64,000 bases of DNA from an uncultured Gemmatimonadales bacterium (GCA_963793305.1 CAWBZV010000005.1:672001-736000); one strand, 5' to 3'. Numbered from the stretch's first letter, positions 1 through 9,469 are shown. Notes: generated by a model from the letters alone, not told the origin. Made by a program: numbers and translations.

Positions 1-37
1 TCGAGCAGCGCTCATCAATGAAGTCGCAGCCCGCCTC

Positions 38-523
38 ATGAGCGCTGCATCGACGCGCGGCGGAGCCGCGTGGTGGGCAGCACTCCTCGTCGTCGCCGCC
101 ATCGGTCCCTGGGATATGAAGCTGTTCCCAGGGACCGTGGTACCCGACGCATCGGGCCAGGCACGACTCGTGTACGCGGCGTCGCCGTTCGGCGTCGCCG
201 TCACGGCTGATGGTCACGCGCGCTACGACATCCAGGTAACGGCGTCGGGTCTTCCGAAGCCGTCTACCCTCGGCAGCTACACCGCTTACGTCGCGTGGCA
301 GGCCTCGCCCGATCTCTCACACTGGACTCGCCTCGGCACGGTCACCAACGGCAAGACGACCGTCGGCTCGGCCGATCTCAACAAGTTCTTGTTCGTGGTT
401 ACCGCCGAAGCCTCACCCACACCGTCAACCCGCCAAGGTCCCACCGTGCTCCACGGGACCTCGCCCAGCGGCTGGCTCCAATCGTTCCTGACACATCCGC
501 TGTTCAGAGGCAACGCCCAGTGA
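38..523 (+). CDS. Secreted hypothetical protein, weak resemblance to the RskA C-terminal beta domain; partner of the multicopper oxidase
   Basis: Hydrophobic N-terminus (WWAALLVVAA); GLPKP..YVAW..FVVTAE..GPTVLHG pattern; its TGA overlaps the GTG of the next gene (GTGA 520-523). Confidence 0.7.
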   Translation: MSAASTRGGAAWWAALLVVAAIGPWDMKLFPGTVVPDASGQARLVYAASPFGVAVTADGHARYDIQVTASGLPKPSTLGSYTAYVAWQASPDLSHWTRLGTVTNGKTTVGSADLNKFLFVVTAEASPTPSTRQGPTVLHGTSPSGWLQSFLTHPLFRGNAQ

Positions 524-2197
524 GGTGCGCGGTCGCCGTCATGCTGATCGCATCGGTCGCGGCCGCCCAGACCGCGCCGTCTCGCGACACGAGCATGGCG
601 AACATGCCGGGAATGTCCAACATGCCGGGCATGGCGATGATGCCGATCCCGATGCCGCCAGGAATGGTGGTGATGCCTGGTCTCATGGGGCTTACGCCGG
701 CAGTAGCCAAGACGTTCCTGCCGAGTGGATCAGCCGAATCCGACGCCGTCGCTCGCAAAGAGATTCATCTCAAGAACGGCGACACGCTCGACCTGGCCGC
801 CACGCTCGTGCGCGAGATGATCGGCGCTCACCCGACGATCGCCTACGCGTACAACGCGCAAATCGCCGGCCCGCTGATCCGCGTCCCGCAAAACGCGACG
901 ATCATAGTCCGGTTCACGAACAAGATCGACCTGCCGACCGCGGTCCACTGGCACGGCGTCCGCCTCGACAACGCGAGCGACGGCGCGCCGGGATTGACTC
1001 AAGACCCGGTAGCATCCGGCAAAGGCTACCTCTATCGCGTGCATTTCCCGGACGCCGGGATCTACTGGTACCACGCGCACGTCCGCGAGGACATCGAGCA
1101 GCCGCTAGGCCTCTACGGCAACATCATCGTCGACTCGCCCGATCCGCACTACTACGAGCCGGCGAATCACGAAGAGGTCCTGATGCTGGGCGACATCCTC
1201 GTCAATCAGGACACGTTGATCCCATTCGGCGCCGAGCAGCCGGACTTCACACTCATGGGCCGCGTCGGGAACGTCATTCGGGTCAACGCCCAACCGACCT
1301 ATGCGGTCACCGTGGCGCAGGGCTCCGTCGTCCGGTTCTACCTGACCAACGTCGCCAGCTCCCGAACCTTCAACGTCTCGTTCGGCGACGCGCCGATCAA
1401 AGTCGTCGCATCCGACGAGAGTCGCTTCGAGCACGAAGAGCTGGTGCCGAGCGTGGTCCTCGGCCCAGCGGAACGCTACGTCGTCGACGTGCGTTTCCCG
1501 CATCCCGGCCGCTACGCGTTCGTGAACGCGGTCCAAGCCATCAACCACTTCCAGGGCGAGTTCATGCCCGAAGTGGACACGCTCGGCGTCGTCACCGTGA
1601 GCGCCACCCCGGCCGCGCCGAGCTACGCGTCGAGCTTCGCGACCCTGCACGCGAACGCCGCGGTCTCAGCCGACATCGCACATTATCGTCCGGCATTCGA
1701 TCACACCCCGGACAAGACGTTCCGCCTGACGCTCAAAACGAACGGCTTGCCGCTCGCCACCGTTCAGTTCATGAGCATCGACACGTCGTACTACGCTCCA
1801 GTCGAATGGGTCGACGGCATGCCCGACATGAACTGGCTGTCGACGGCCTCACAGGTGCGCTGGGTCATCCACGACGAGGCGTCGGGCAAAGACAACATGG
1901 ACATCGACTGGCACGTGCCCGGTCGGATCCACGCCGGTGGTCCGCATCATCAACGACGATCGATCGTTCCACCCAATGCAGCACCCGATCCATCTCCACG
2001 GCCAGCGGATGCTGGTCATCTCCCGCGACGGCGTGCCGACCAAGAACCTCGTCTGGAAGGACACGGTGATAATCCCCGTCGGCTCGACCGTCGACCTCCT
2101 CGTCGACGCCTCAAACCCCGGCGCGTGGATGCTCCACTGTCACATCTCCGAGCATCTCGAGTCGGGGATGATGACGGTCATGCACGTGGACCGGTAG
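520..2197 (+). CDS. Multicopper oxidase with Met-rich N-terminus (apparent +1 frameshift near 1918-1922)
   Basis: All four Cu motifs: HWHG and WYHAH in the 295-frame; HPIHLHG and HCHISEHLESGM in ORF 1937..2197; signal peptide from GTG 520. Confidence 0.9.
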
Positions 2198-2213
2198 CGC
2201 ACCTGAATGGGGT

Positions 2214-2597
2214 TCAGGGGGTCTCGGGTTCAAGTTCGGCGTCCCGATCGCGCCCCCTTTTTCCCCGGTAAGCAGAGCTTTTCAGGTAGTGTTCAAGTCG
2301 CCGCCCCACACTGAGCGTCAGCGCCATCGTTGCGGCGATCCACATGGGGAGTGCGAGCGGGGCAATGTGATGGAACCGGAAGGCCGTAGCGAGGTCTCCG
2401 TGCAGCGTGGCATTCCAGGCGCGTGTGGTGCCACACAGTGGGCAAGGGATACCCGTGAGCGCCAGAAATGGACAAAGCGGCGGGTGAAGCGCGGGCAGCG
2501 TGCGGAGCGTGTATGCGTATCCCAGGTAGCTCCACCCGACCATGGCCAACGCCGCACGGCCGAGCTGCTGGCGAGTGGCTTCGGGCACGAGCGTCAT
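2214..2597 (-). CDS. DUF2752-family membrane protein
   Basis: CPFLALTGIPCPLCGTTRA..LHGDLATAF signature flanked by TM helices. Confidence 0.8.
   Translation of the reverse strand: MTLVPEATRQQLGRAALAMVGWSYLGYAYTLRTLPALHPPLCPFLALTGIPCPLCGTTRAWNATLHGDLATAFRFHHIAPLALPMWIAATMALTLSVGRRLEHYLKSSAYRGKRGRDRDAELEPETP
2216..2262 (+). terminator. Possible intrinsic terminator / REP-like hairpin after the oxidase gene
   Basis: GGGGG (2217-21) pairs with CCCCC (2253-57), inner TCGGG/CCCGA, followed by TTTTT. Confidence 0.35.
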
Positions 2598-2857
2598 GCC
2601 GTGGCCGGAAGATTCACGACGGTGATCTCAACGATCTCAACGTCGGGCTGCATGGCGTAAATGATGAGATAGATGAGGAGCGGGAGGAGGCAGAGGACGA
2701 ATCCCACGACTGCCCATAGGACGCTGAACTCTTTCTTCTTCTGCAACGTCGTGGAGGTCAACGTCTTGTTGGCAACCACGAACCCCTTGGCCAGATAGCT
2801 GAGGATCGTAGTCTCCATGTCCTGCGTCGACCGCACGTGCACCTTGCTGATTGCCAC
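2594..2857 (-). CDS. Small hypothetical membrane protein
   Basis: GGAGG RBS before GTG 2857; hydrophobic hairpin VLWAVVGFVLCLLPLLIYLIIYA; 4-bp overlap with DUF2752 gene. Confidence 0.7.
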   Translation of the reverse strand: MAISKVHVRSTQDMETTILSYLAKGFVVANKTLTSTTLQKKKEFSVLWAVVGFVLCLLPLLIYLIIYAMQPDVEIVEITVVNLPATA

Positions 2858-3242
2858 GCCATCGCCTCCAAGTAGTGGACGAATGCAGCCGCCCAAATCA
2901 TAGCCACACTAGAGCAATCACGCGAGCGTGCGGCGTCCGCGGCCGACTATGTCGACCGGGTTGCCCGCGCAGATGGCTGCCACGCTATCGTCGTTGTTAT
3001 CGCGACGGTTCGATGTCACCACGCAGTACTTTTGAGTGCGGTTTGCGGTAAATCGGGAAGTGGCGAAGGGGGCGGCTAGGTCGGGACTAGCCTGCATTCG
3101 TGTTGCTTATGACTCATCAATGTCAGAAAACAGCCCCTTTGTGTCAGAATCGTGCCCTGTCGATTGTTCCAGAACGCGAGTCTTTTACTTCGCCACCTAG
3201 GTAACCCACTCGCTCAGCGGGCGCCACTATCGGAGTCACCCT

Positions 3243-3722
3243 ATGCATTCCATTGCCCCACCACTAAGTCTGGTGACGCCCGAGGATCTTTACATACACG
3301 CTTACGACGCATTGAAGAAGGAGATTGCGGAGTCGGTAAAGGACGCTCGTGCGATGGAGCGAAATTCACTGTTGGCTTGTGGTGGGATTTTGACCTATCT
3401 CGCTGGGCGTTGCCCGAATCCGGCGCCCGATGTTCTCTGGTACGTACCTCTAGCGCTTGCACTTTTTGGTGCGTTTCGGACGGCGGCTCTGATGATAAGT
3501 ATCAGACCGCGGGCGATGTACCTCAGCGAGATTGAAGGGCGTAGCCTGCGGAATCAACCGCTGGAAGGATGGGAGCAATACTTCCGATCTCACTACCGCC
3601 GTGGAGTAGGAATCACGATAATTGTCTTCTGGCTTGGCTTGGTAAGCGCGACGGCGGCGATTCCTAGGTCTGCCCCTCGCTTTTGCAGGACGACGAGCGC
3701 CGCGCCTGCAGCGCACTCCTAA
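3243..3722 (+). CDS. Orphan 3-TM membrane protein (start may be GTG 3273)
   Basis: 159-aa ORF with three hydrophobic segments; atypical AT-richer codon usage. Confidence 0.55.
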   Translation: MHSIAPPLSLVTPEDLYIHAYDALKKEIAESVKDARAMERNSLLACGGILTYLAGRCPNPAPDVLWYVPLALALFGAFRTAALMISIRPRAMYLSEIEGRSLRNQPLEGWEQYFRSHYRRGVGITIIVFWLGLVSATAAIPRSAPRFCRTTSAAPAAHS

Positions 3723-3855
3723 GTGCACGGGGATGGCGCGAGCCTGCTCGCCGACGGCGACCTGGCGCCGGAGCCCATGCGCGCCGGCGACTCGGTCGCC
3801 CTCGCCGTCAGACTCGGGCGTCCTTCGGCCCGACGCCTTTGTCGACGGCCTTCGG

Positions 3856-4743
3856 TCACACCCAGACGAGCCCTAGGCCAATGGCGATCCAGATCATCTC
3901 GCGGATGCGACTGACGATCAATGCGTAGACGCCAAGGTCCGGCGGCAGGCCGAGAAGACTGAAGATCAGCGACATACTGCCTTCTTTGGTGCCGAGCTCG
4001 AACGGGATAAAGAACGTCGCGTTCGTGATAAACTGCGAGAACGCGCCGATCATGAAGGCGGTGGGATAGTCAACGTCGAGGCCGAGTGCCCGGGTAATGA
4101 ACAGATATTCGAGCATCGACAAGCACCGGCCCACGAACTCGGCGCCGACCGCCATGAAGATCGTCCCGCGGGAATACGCCGCGATCTGCTCATGGATCGC
4201 ATTTAGCTTGGGCCAGCGGCGGAACAATCGGGTCCGAGGACGAAAGAGCGCCGCCAGCGCGAGCGAGCCGCCGGCAAACACGGCCGCGAGCGCAATCAGC
4301 GAGACCGTGGTAGCCGGCGTCCGAGGCAGGAGCACGAATGCGACGGGAATCGCGGTGACCCAGAAGATGAGCTGTCCGAGCGTATGGATCACACGAAACC
4401 CAACAACGGACGCGGTCGCGCGCGACGGTTCGACCCACTTCGAAGCAGCGGCTATCCGGAACGGCTCGCCACCCAAGGGTACCAGCGGCGTGACGTAATT
4501 GATCGCGAAGCTCGAGACGCTGATCACGTACGCGCGCCCGAACGGGATGGCTCCGTCGAGCAGCGCGCGCCAAGCAATCGTGTTGCACGCATACACGAGC
4601 GCCCAGGCGACCACCGATGGCACGATCGCCCAGCGCGCCGAAACGAGATTGTGAAGGAGCCCGCGCACCCCAGCGTGCGCGATGAGCACGACAAAGAGCA
4701 CCAAGGCGCCGGCAAATACCAGCGCCTGAATTTTTTTGTTCAC
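3856..4743 (-). CDS. Lysylphosphatidylglycerol-synthase TM region / flippase-like protein
   Basis: Multi-TM; NYVTP..LGGEPFR and P.ELGTKEG motifs; GTG 4743 overlaps upstream stop. Confidence 0.85.
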   Translation of the reverse strand: MNKKIQALVFAGALVLFVVLIAHAGVRGLLHNLVSARWAIVPSVVAWALVYACNTIAWRALLDGAIPFGRAYVISVSSFAINYVTPLVPLGGEPFRIAAASKWVEPSRATASVVGFRVIHTLGQLIFWVTAIPVAFVLLPRTPATTVSLIALAAVFAGGSLALAALFRPRTRLFRRWPKLNAIHEQIAAYSRGTIFMAVGAEFVGRCLSMLEYLFITRALGLDVDYPTAFMIGAFSQFITNATFFIPFELGTKEGSMSLIFSLLGLPPDLGVYALIVSRIREMIWIAIGLGLVWV

Positions 4744-5729
4744 ACGCCCACGGCGCAGCCAGAGCGCGCGGATGCATATGCGGCCTCGACGACCGCCGCC
4801 ACGCGCGTGATGTCCGCGAGCGCCTCGTCGGCCTCCCCACGATCCATCGCGTCGGCGAACGCGCCGAACAAGCCGGCGAACCAACTGGCGTACGATCGCT
4901 TATCGAGCTGCGCGGAGTAGTCGACCTCTTGTCGCGGCTCGCCGGCTCGCTCGAGGCTCAACGTGCCGCCATGCCAGTCGATGGTCCCGCGCTCGCCGAT
5001 GATGCGCACGCGGTTCTCGCGATGCCCGGCGGCCCACGTCAACAATATCGTCGCGATCCGGTCGGCAAACCCAACGAGCAGGTGCGCGGTGTCCTCGACC
5101 TCGTACTCCTGATGTCGCAGTCGTCCAGTCCACGCCTGGACCGTCCGCGGTTCGCCGCCGAGATCGAACAATGAGTACAGGAGATGCGTGCCATGATCGA
5201 GCAAGATGCCACCGCTGCTGTCGGCACGAATTGATCTCCAAGGCACCGCACCGCCGTCAGCCTGAAGCCGATACACAGACAGCTCGGCCAGATGCCAATG
5301 TCCAATGGCTCCCTCCCGCACCCATTCGCCAATCTGCCGCCAGACCGGATTGAACCGATACTGGTGGCAGGGGATGACCACGCGACCGGCCTTCCGCGCG
5401 GCCGTAGCCAGCGTATCCGCGTCCGCACGAGTCACTGCCACGGGCTTCTCGCACAACACGTGGAGGCCGTTCTCCAGCGCCCACAACGCTAGCGGCAGGT
5501 GCGATGATGGCGGCGTGCAGATGTCGATGAAATCGAGCGGCCCAGCAGCAAGTAGGGACGGCCGGTCCCTGAAGAGAGGCACGCCATCGATCGGTCCGAC
5601 GTTGGGATCCGAGTCGAGCGCCGCCACGATCTCCATGCGCGGTGCAGCCGCTTTAAACCCCGGAAGGTGCGCCGTGCGGGCGATGCCGCCCAGGCCGATT
5701 ACCGCGCCTCGATATGCTCGGCGTCCCAC
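4740..5729 (-). CDS. Gfo/Idh/MocA family NAD(P)-dependent oxidoreductase
   Basis: IGLGGIA Rossmann motif, HVLCEKP, GGILLDHGTH; start reassigned to GTG 5729. Confidence 0.9.
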   Translation of the reverse strand: MGRRAYRGAVIGLGGIARTAHLPGFKAAAPRMEIVAALDSDPNVGPIDGVPLFRDRPSLLAAGPLDFIDICTPPSSHLPLALWALENGLHVLCEKPVAVTRADADTLATAARKAGRVVIPCHQYRFNPVWRQIGEWVREGAIGHWHLAELSVYRLQADGGAVPWRSIRADSSGGILLDHGTHLLYSLFDLGGEPRTVQAWTGRLRHQEYEVEDTAHLLVGFADRIATILLTWAAGHRENRVRIIGERGTIDWHGGTLSLERAGEPRQEVDYSAQLDKRSYASWFAGLFGAFADAMDRGEADEALADITRVAAVVEAAYASARSGCAVGV

Positions 5730-6529
5730 ACGAACACGAAGAGGACGAGATTGAGCGGCACCACCGTAATCCACAGCATGGCCGCCGGCCACCCCGGCAC
5801 GACAGTCACCAGCAGCAACAGCCACCGCACGTTCTGCCCGAGCCACATGCACCGCCCGAGCAGCGGCGCCGCGTGTCGGACGTACGCCTCGCGCGCCGCG
5901 GCGGACAGCGTCCCTTGCCGGCGCTGCCGCTCCAGCGCGACCGTGGCCGGGAACATGCTCGCCTGTCGCCGCACCCACGAACCATACAGCCAATTTTTGA
6001 GCGAGCCGCCTTGAAGGTCCTCAGGCAGCTCCAGCTCCGAGTCCTGCCCGCTCATGGCCAGAAACGCGTGCCGTATGAAATCGACGGCCGCCGCCTGCCA
6101 CGTATGGCTCAGCAGCGCGGCCAGCGCCAGCGCGATCGCGCCGGCCACGGGCCACCCGAGGAAGACGATGAGCCGCGCCCCGAGATGCGCGTACAGGTTG
6201 ATGAACCGCGCGCTGTCCGACAGCCCATCGAGCATGCGCCCCAGCGGCGTCGACGTCCCGCGCAGCCGCGCCAGTTGCCCGTCGACGCTATCGAAGATGT
6301 CGGAGACGATGAAGAGCACCCATCCGATCGCGTTGATCTCGATGCTCTGATAGAAGAACAGGTGCCCGGCGACGAGACCCGTCGCCAGGCTCCACATCGT
6401 CACCTGATCGGGCGACACCCGCGTCGGCGCCAGCGCTCGAGCGAGTCGAATCCCGATGGGCCGAAAGAAACGGAGGTCGAGCCACTCCTCGACCTCGTCC
6501 CCTTTCGTCGCCAGCGTGCCAGTCGTCAT
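5699..6529 (-). CDS. CDP-alcohol phosphatidyltransferase family protein
   Basis: DIFDSVDGQLARLRGTSTPLGRMLDGLSD matches DxxDGxxAR..G...D...D; ATG 6529 overlaps upstream TGA. Confidence 0.92.
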   Translation of the reverse strand: MTTGTLATKGDEVEEWLDLRFFRPIGIRLARALAPTRVSPDQVTMWSLATGLVAGHLFFYQSIEINAIGWVLFIVSDIFDSVDGQLARLRGTSTPLGRMLDGLSDSARFINLYAHLGARLIVFLGWPVAGAIALALAALLSHTWQAAAVDFIRHAFLAMSGQDSELELPEDLQGGSLKNWLYGSWVRRQASMFPATVALERQRRQGTLSAAAREAYVRHAAPLLGRCMWLGQNVRWLLLLVTVVPGWPAAMLWITVVPLNLVLFVFVWDAEHIEAR

Positions 6530-7860
6530 ACCCGCGCGGCGGCTTCGCCCAACACACCCTTCATGACGGCGAGCGCGCTCATCGCCTGCTCGGTCGTGAT
6601 CACGAGCGGCGGGTTGATCCGCACTTCGGGGTTGTAGATCATCGCCAGCACGCCCCTCGCGAGGAGCGTGTCGAAGATCCATCGCGCGATGTCTTTCGGC
6701 AGAAGCTTGGTCGTGCCCGGATAGACGAGATCCATGCCGATCATGAGCCCGCGCCCGCGGACGTCACTGACGATCGGGATGTCTTTCTCCCACGTTTTCA
6801 TCTCGGCCATCATAGTGGCGCCGAGCACACGACTATGCTCGACGAGCCCCTCTTCGATGATGGTCTCGATGCTCACCCGTGCCGCCGCGGCCGCCAGCGG
6901 ATTCCCGCCGTAGCTCGACGAGCTCCCGCTCGGATTCGCCCAGGGCTTGGCCCGCGCGATCTCCTCGCGCGCGATGATGCCCGTCATCGGGAATCCACCG
7001 CCGAACCCTTTCCCGACCGTCATGATATCGGGCAACACCTCCTCGTGCTCGATCGCGAACATCTTCCCGGTTCGCCCGAACCCGGTCAGCATTTCGTCAG
7101 CAATCAGCACGGCGCCGATGCTATCCGCGAATTTTCTGAGGATCCGCAGGTAGCCGGGGGGCGGCACGATGTTGCCCGCCGTCCCCTGGATCGGCTCGAC
7201 GATGATCGCCGCGACGTCATTCGAGGTCTCGAGCGCGATTTTCTTTTGCAAGAACTCGACGCAATGCCACTCGCACGAGGGAAATGTCTTGTCGAACGCG
7301 CAGCGAGCACAGGAGGCGTACGGCGAGCTGTAGGTACCCGGCATCAGCGGCCCCAGCCCGTGCTTGAAGGAGCCACCGAGCAAGGGAAGGACGCCGGCGG
7401 TCTTGCCGTGGAATCCGCCCCAGAAGCCGACAAACTCGGTCTTCCCAGTCCACGCCTTCGCTAGTCTGAATGCCGACTCGACGGCCTCGGCGCCGCTCGA
7501 ATAGAGCTGTGTCCGATTGAGATCCCCGGGCGTGATGTCGGCGATCAGCTTGACCAGCGCAACCCGATGCTCCGACGTAAAGCTGCCGACATGCACCCGT
7601 GCAACTTGCCGCTGCATGGCCGCGACGAACTTGGGATGCGCATACCCGAGACTGGCCACGCCGACCCCGGCCAACAGATCCGTGTAGCACTTCCCGTCGA
7701 CATCATAAAGGAGCGCGCCTTCGCCGTGGTCGATGCTCAGCTTGCTGAACAGCGCGACGCTCTGCGTACCGGGCGCGAGATAGGCGGACTCGGCGTCAAA
7801 CGCCGCCAAAGACTTTGGACCGGCCGCTGTCTCTGGCCGTGGCTGAACCGTCAACGTCAC
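6526..7860 (-). CDS. Class III PLP-dependent aminotransferase
   Basis: SSGAEAVE, GGFHG, VEPIQG, DEMLTGFGRTG, PDIMTVGKG, SYGGNP. Confidence 0.92.
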   Translation of the reverse strand: MTLTVQPRPETAAGPKSLAAFDAESAYLAPGTQSVALFSKLSIDHGEGALLYDVDGKCYTDLLAGVGVASLGYAHPKFVAAMQRQVARVHVGSFTSEHRVALVKLIADITPGDLNRTQLYSSGAEAVESAFRLAKAWTGKTEFVGFWGGFHGKTAGVLPLLGGSFKHGLGPLMPGTYSSPYASCARCAFDKTFPSCEWHCVEFLQKKIALETSNDVAAIIVEPIQGTAGNIVPPPGYLRILRKFADSIGAVLIADEMLTGFGRTGKMFAIEHEEVLPDIMTVGKGFGGGFPMTGIIAREEIARAKPWANPSGSSSSYGGNPLAAAAARVSIETIIEEGLVEHSRVLGATMMAEMKTWEKDIPIVSDVRGRGLMIGMDLVYPGTTKLLPKDIARWIFDTLLARGVLAMIYNPEVRINPPLVITTEQAMSALAVMKGVLGEAAARV

Positions 7861-8753
7861 TTCGACTGAATCCTCGGTGGAAGCGGGGGGTCCGGGGGGC
7901 GTACTTGGGGTTGCCCCCCGGAGGCGAACCGACCAGTCGAGCGGCGCGCCAGCGCCGAATCGACGAGCCGCGGAGCGGCTTCGTCAGCGTACGCGGCAAT
8001 GTGCCGCGCTGCCTCGTCGCGAAATGGCGCGAAGCTCGGCCAGTCGTTGAGATCAATCAGCACGGGCCGATCTGGTTCCGGAAACGCGACATCACCCCCG
8101 AAAACGCCCAGCCCAAGCCGCTCGGCGGCGGCAAACGCCAAGGTCTTCAACCGCTCGCCGTCCACGTCATCGGCGCCGTAGTACCGGAAGAATCGCCCGT
8201 CGGCGACGCCGTAGAACTTCACGATCGGCCCGGCCACGTGTTCCTGCATCGCCACCCGCGCGATGCCGCGCGCGGCAAACACGCGCAACGCCTCGGGGAT
8301 CTCCTCGCGCCAGAGCGATACGACATCCTCGGCCCGCTCGGCGTGCACGTCGCCGCGCTTGAGCCAGACGCGCCGCCCGTCCGCGCCAAACCCGTCGAGC
8401 TCAGGATCGCCGCTCGTCGGAACGATCGCGGTGCGCGGAATCTGATCGCCGAGGAGCACCACCATCTTGTGCCGGTGACACCCGAGCACGCTCGACGGGC
8501 GATTCATGATCGGCAGCCCCGCGTGCTCGAGCGAAAGCAAACGCTCCGACGCCGCGGGTCCTTGGCACATGTTCAGCACCAGATCGGCGTCGGTCAGCAG
8601 CTCCAGCTCGAAGGTGCTCTCGTTGGCGCGCGTCGCCGACCAGCCGAGGGCTTCCAGCTCGGCCACCGTGGCATCGAGAATGGCGGTGTCGTTCGTCCGA
8701 TGCTGATTCGGCGAGTACGACGCCTGCCGATAGAGCGCGACGAGCCGCTTCAC
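7857..8753 (-). CDS. ATP-grasp fold protein with ITPK1-like motifs
   Basis: VWLKRG, MQEHVAG..KFYGV, LGLGVFGGD, IDLNDWPSF. Confidence 0.75.
   Translation of the reverse strand: MKRLVALYRQASYSPNQHRTNDTAILDATVAELEALGWSATRANESTFELELLTDADLVLNMCQGPAASERLLSLEHAGLPIMNRPSSVLGCHRHKMVVLLGDQIPRTAIVPTSGDPELDGFGADGRRVWLKRGDVHAERAEDVVSLWREEIPEALRVFAARGIARVAMQEHVAGPIVKFYGVADGRFFRYYGADDVDGERLKTLAFAAAERLGLGVFGGDVAFPEPDRPVLIDLNDWPSFAPFRDEAARHIAAYADEAAPRLVDSALARRSTGRFASGGQPQVRPPDPPLPPRIQSK
7885..7985. repeat. REP-like palindromic element inside the 3' end of the ATP-grasp gene
   Basis: Perfect 9-bp inverted repeat CCGGGGGGC (7892-7900) / GCCCCCCGG (7913-7921); hairpins CGGCGC-GCCA-GCGCCG and GCCGC-GGA-GCGGC; 19-mer 7961-7979 identical to 41378-41396. 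Confidence 0.55.
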
Positions 8754-9469
8754 AACGCCAATGCCTCAGTGGCGAGCAGCGCGTCGGCGGCGTCGATATC
8801 GCGCTTGTGGTCGAGATCGACGATCAGCGCCACCTCGGTCGTCGCCACGCGGGCGCCCTCGTCGACGAGCGCCGACAAGAAATAGCGCATGCGGGATCCG
8901 CCGTCGCGCCAGACGCGCAACGCCGTTGTCCGCGCCCGTGGCCCGAACGCGTAGACGCCACCCGTCACGCACGGCGGCATCACCGGCCGGCTGCCGATCC
9001 GAATGGCGTCGCCACCCGGGGCCCGCTCGACCCACAGGGGCCGCTCGTCGTCGACATGCGGCGTCACCGCGAGAACGACGTCAGCGCTGTCAGCGATGTG
9101 ACGAATCGACTCGTCATAGACTCGTTGCCAATCGCGCGCGGGCATGACGGTATCGACCATGCTGCAGAACACCGGACCGGGCGGCATGCGGAGCAGCGCC
9201 TCGGCGAGCGTATGCAGCGACAATGGGGTCTCGCACGCGATCACCCGAGGACGGCCGATCGACAACTCGATGTTGCGCACCGAGGCGATGACCTCGGGGA
9301 AGGTCGACCGGATCATGCAGGTGATGTCCTGACATCCGATCGCACCGAACGTCTCCGCGAGCCGCAGGATCTGCGATCGCCCCGCGACGGACACCGCCGC
9401 CTTCGGCTCGGCCACGCCATCGGCCGCGAGTCGCGAGCCCTCTCCGCCCGCGAGGATCAGGCCGTGCAC
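8750..9469 (-). CDS. NTP-transferase (sugar/polyol-phosphate nucleotidyltransferase)
   Basis: LILAGGEGSRL..PK motif; C-terminal DLD; start reassigned to GTG 9469. Confidence 0.88.
   Translation of the reverse strand: MHGLILAGGEGSRLAADGVAEPKAAVSVAGRSQILRLAETFGAIGCQDITCMIRSTFPEVIASVRNIELSIGRPRVIACETPLSLHTLAEALLRMPPGPVFCSMVDTVMPARDWQRVYDESIRHIADSADVVLAVTPHVDDERPLWVERAPGGDAIRIGSRPVMPPCVTGGVYAFGPRARTTALRVWRDGGSRMRYFLSALVDEGARVATTEVALIVDLDHKRDIDAADALLATEALAL

Noticed and set aside
1..41. 3' end of an upstream gene (TGA 39-41 overlapping ATG 38)
   Set aside because: Plausible but too short to support or identify
525..2069. Long alternative-frame and antisense ORFs (e.g. 525..2069, 27282..28355, 52123..53181, 55378..56658)
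   Set aside because: Arg/Pro/Ala-rich shadow ORFs typical of high-GC DNA, overlapping well-supported genes
4740..7860. Rhizopine (mos/moc) or aminoglycoside cluster
   Set aside because: Aminotransferase is class III rather than DegT/MosB type, there are no glycosyltransferase or resistance genes, and the context is lipid transfer
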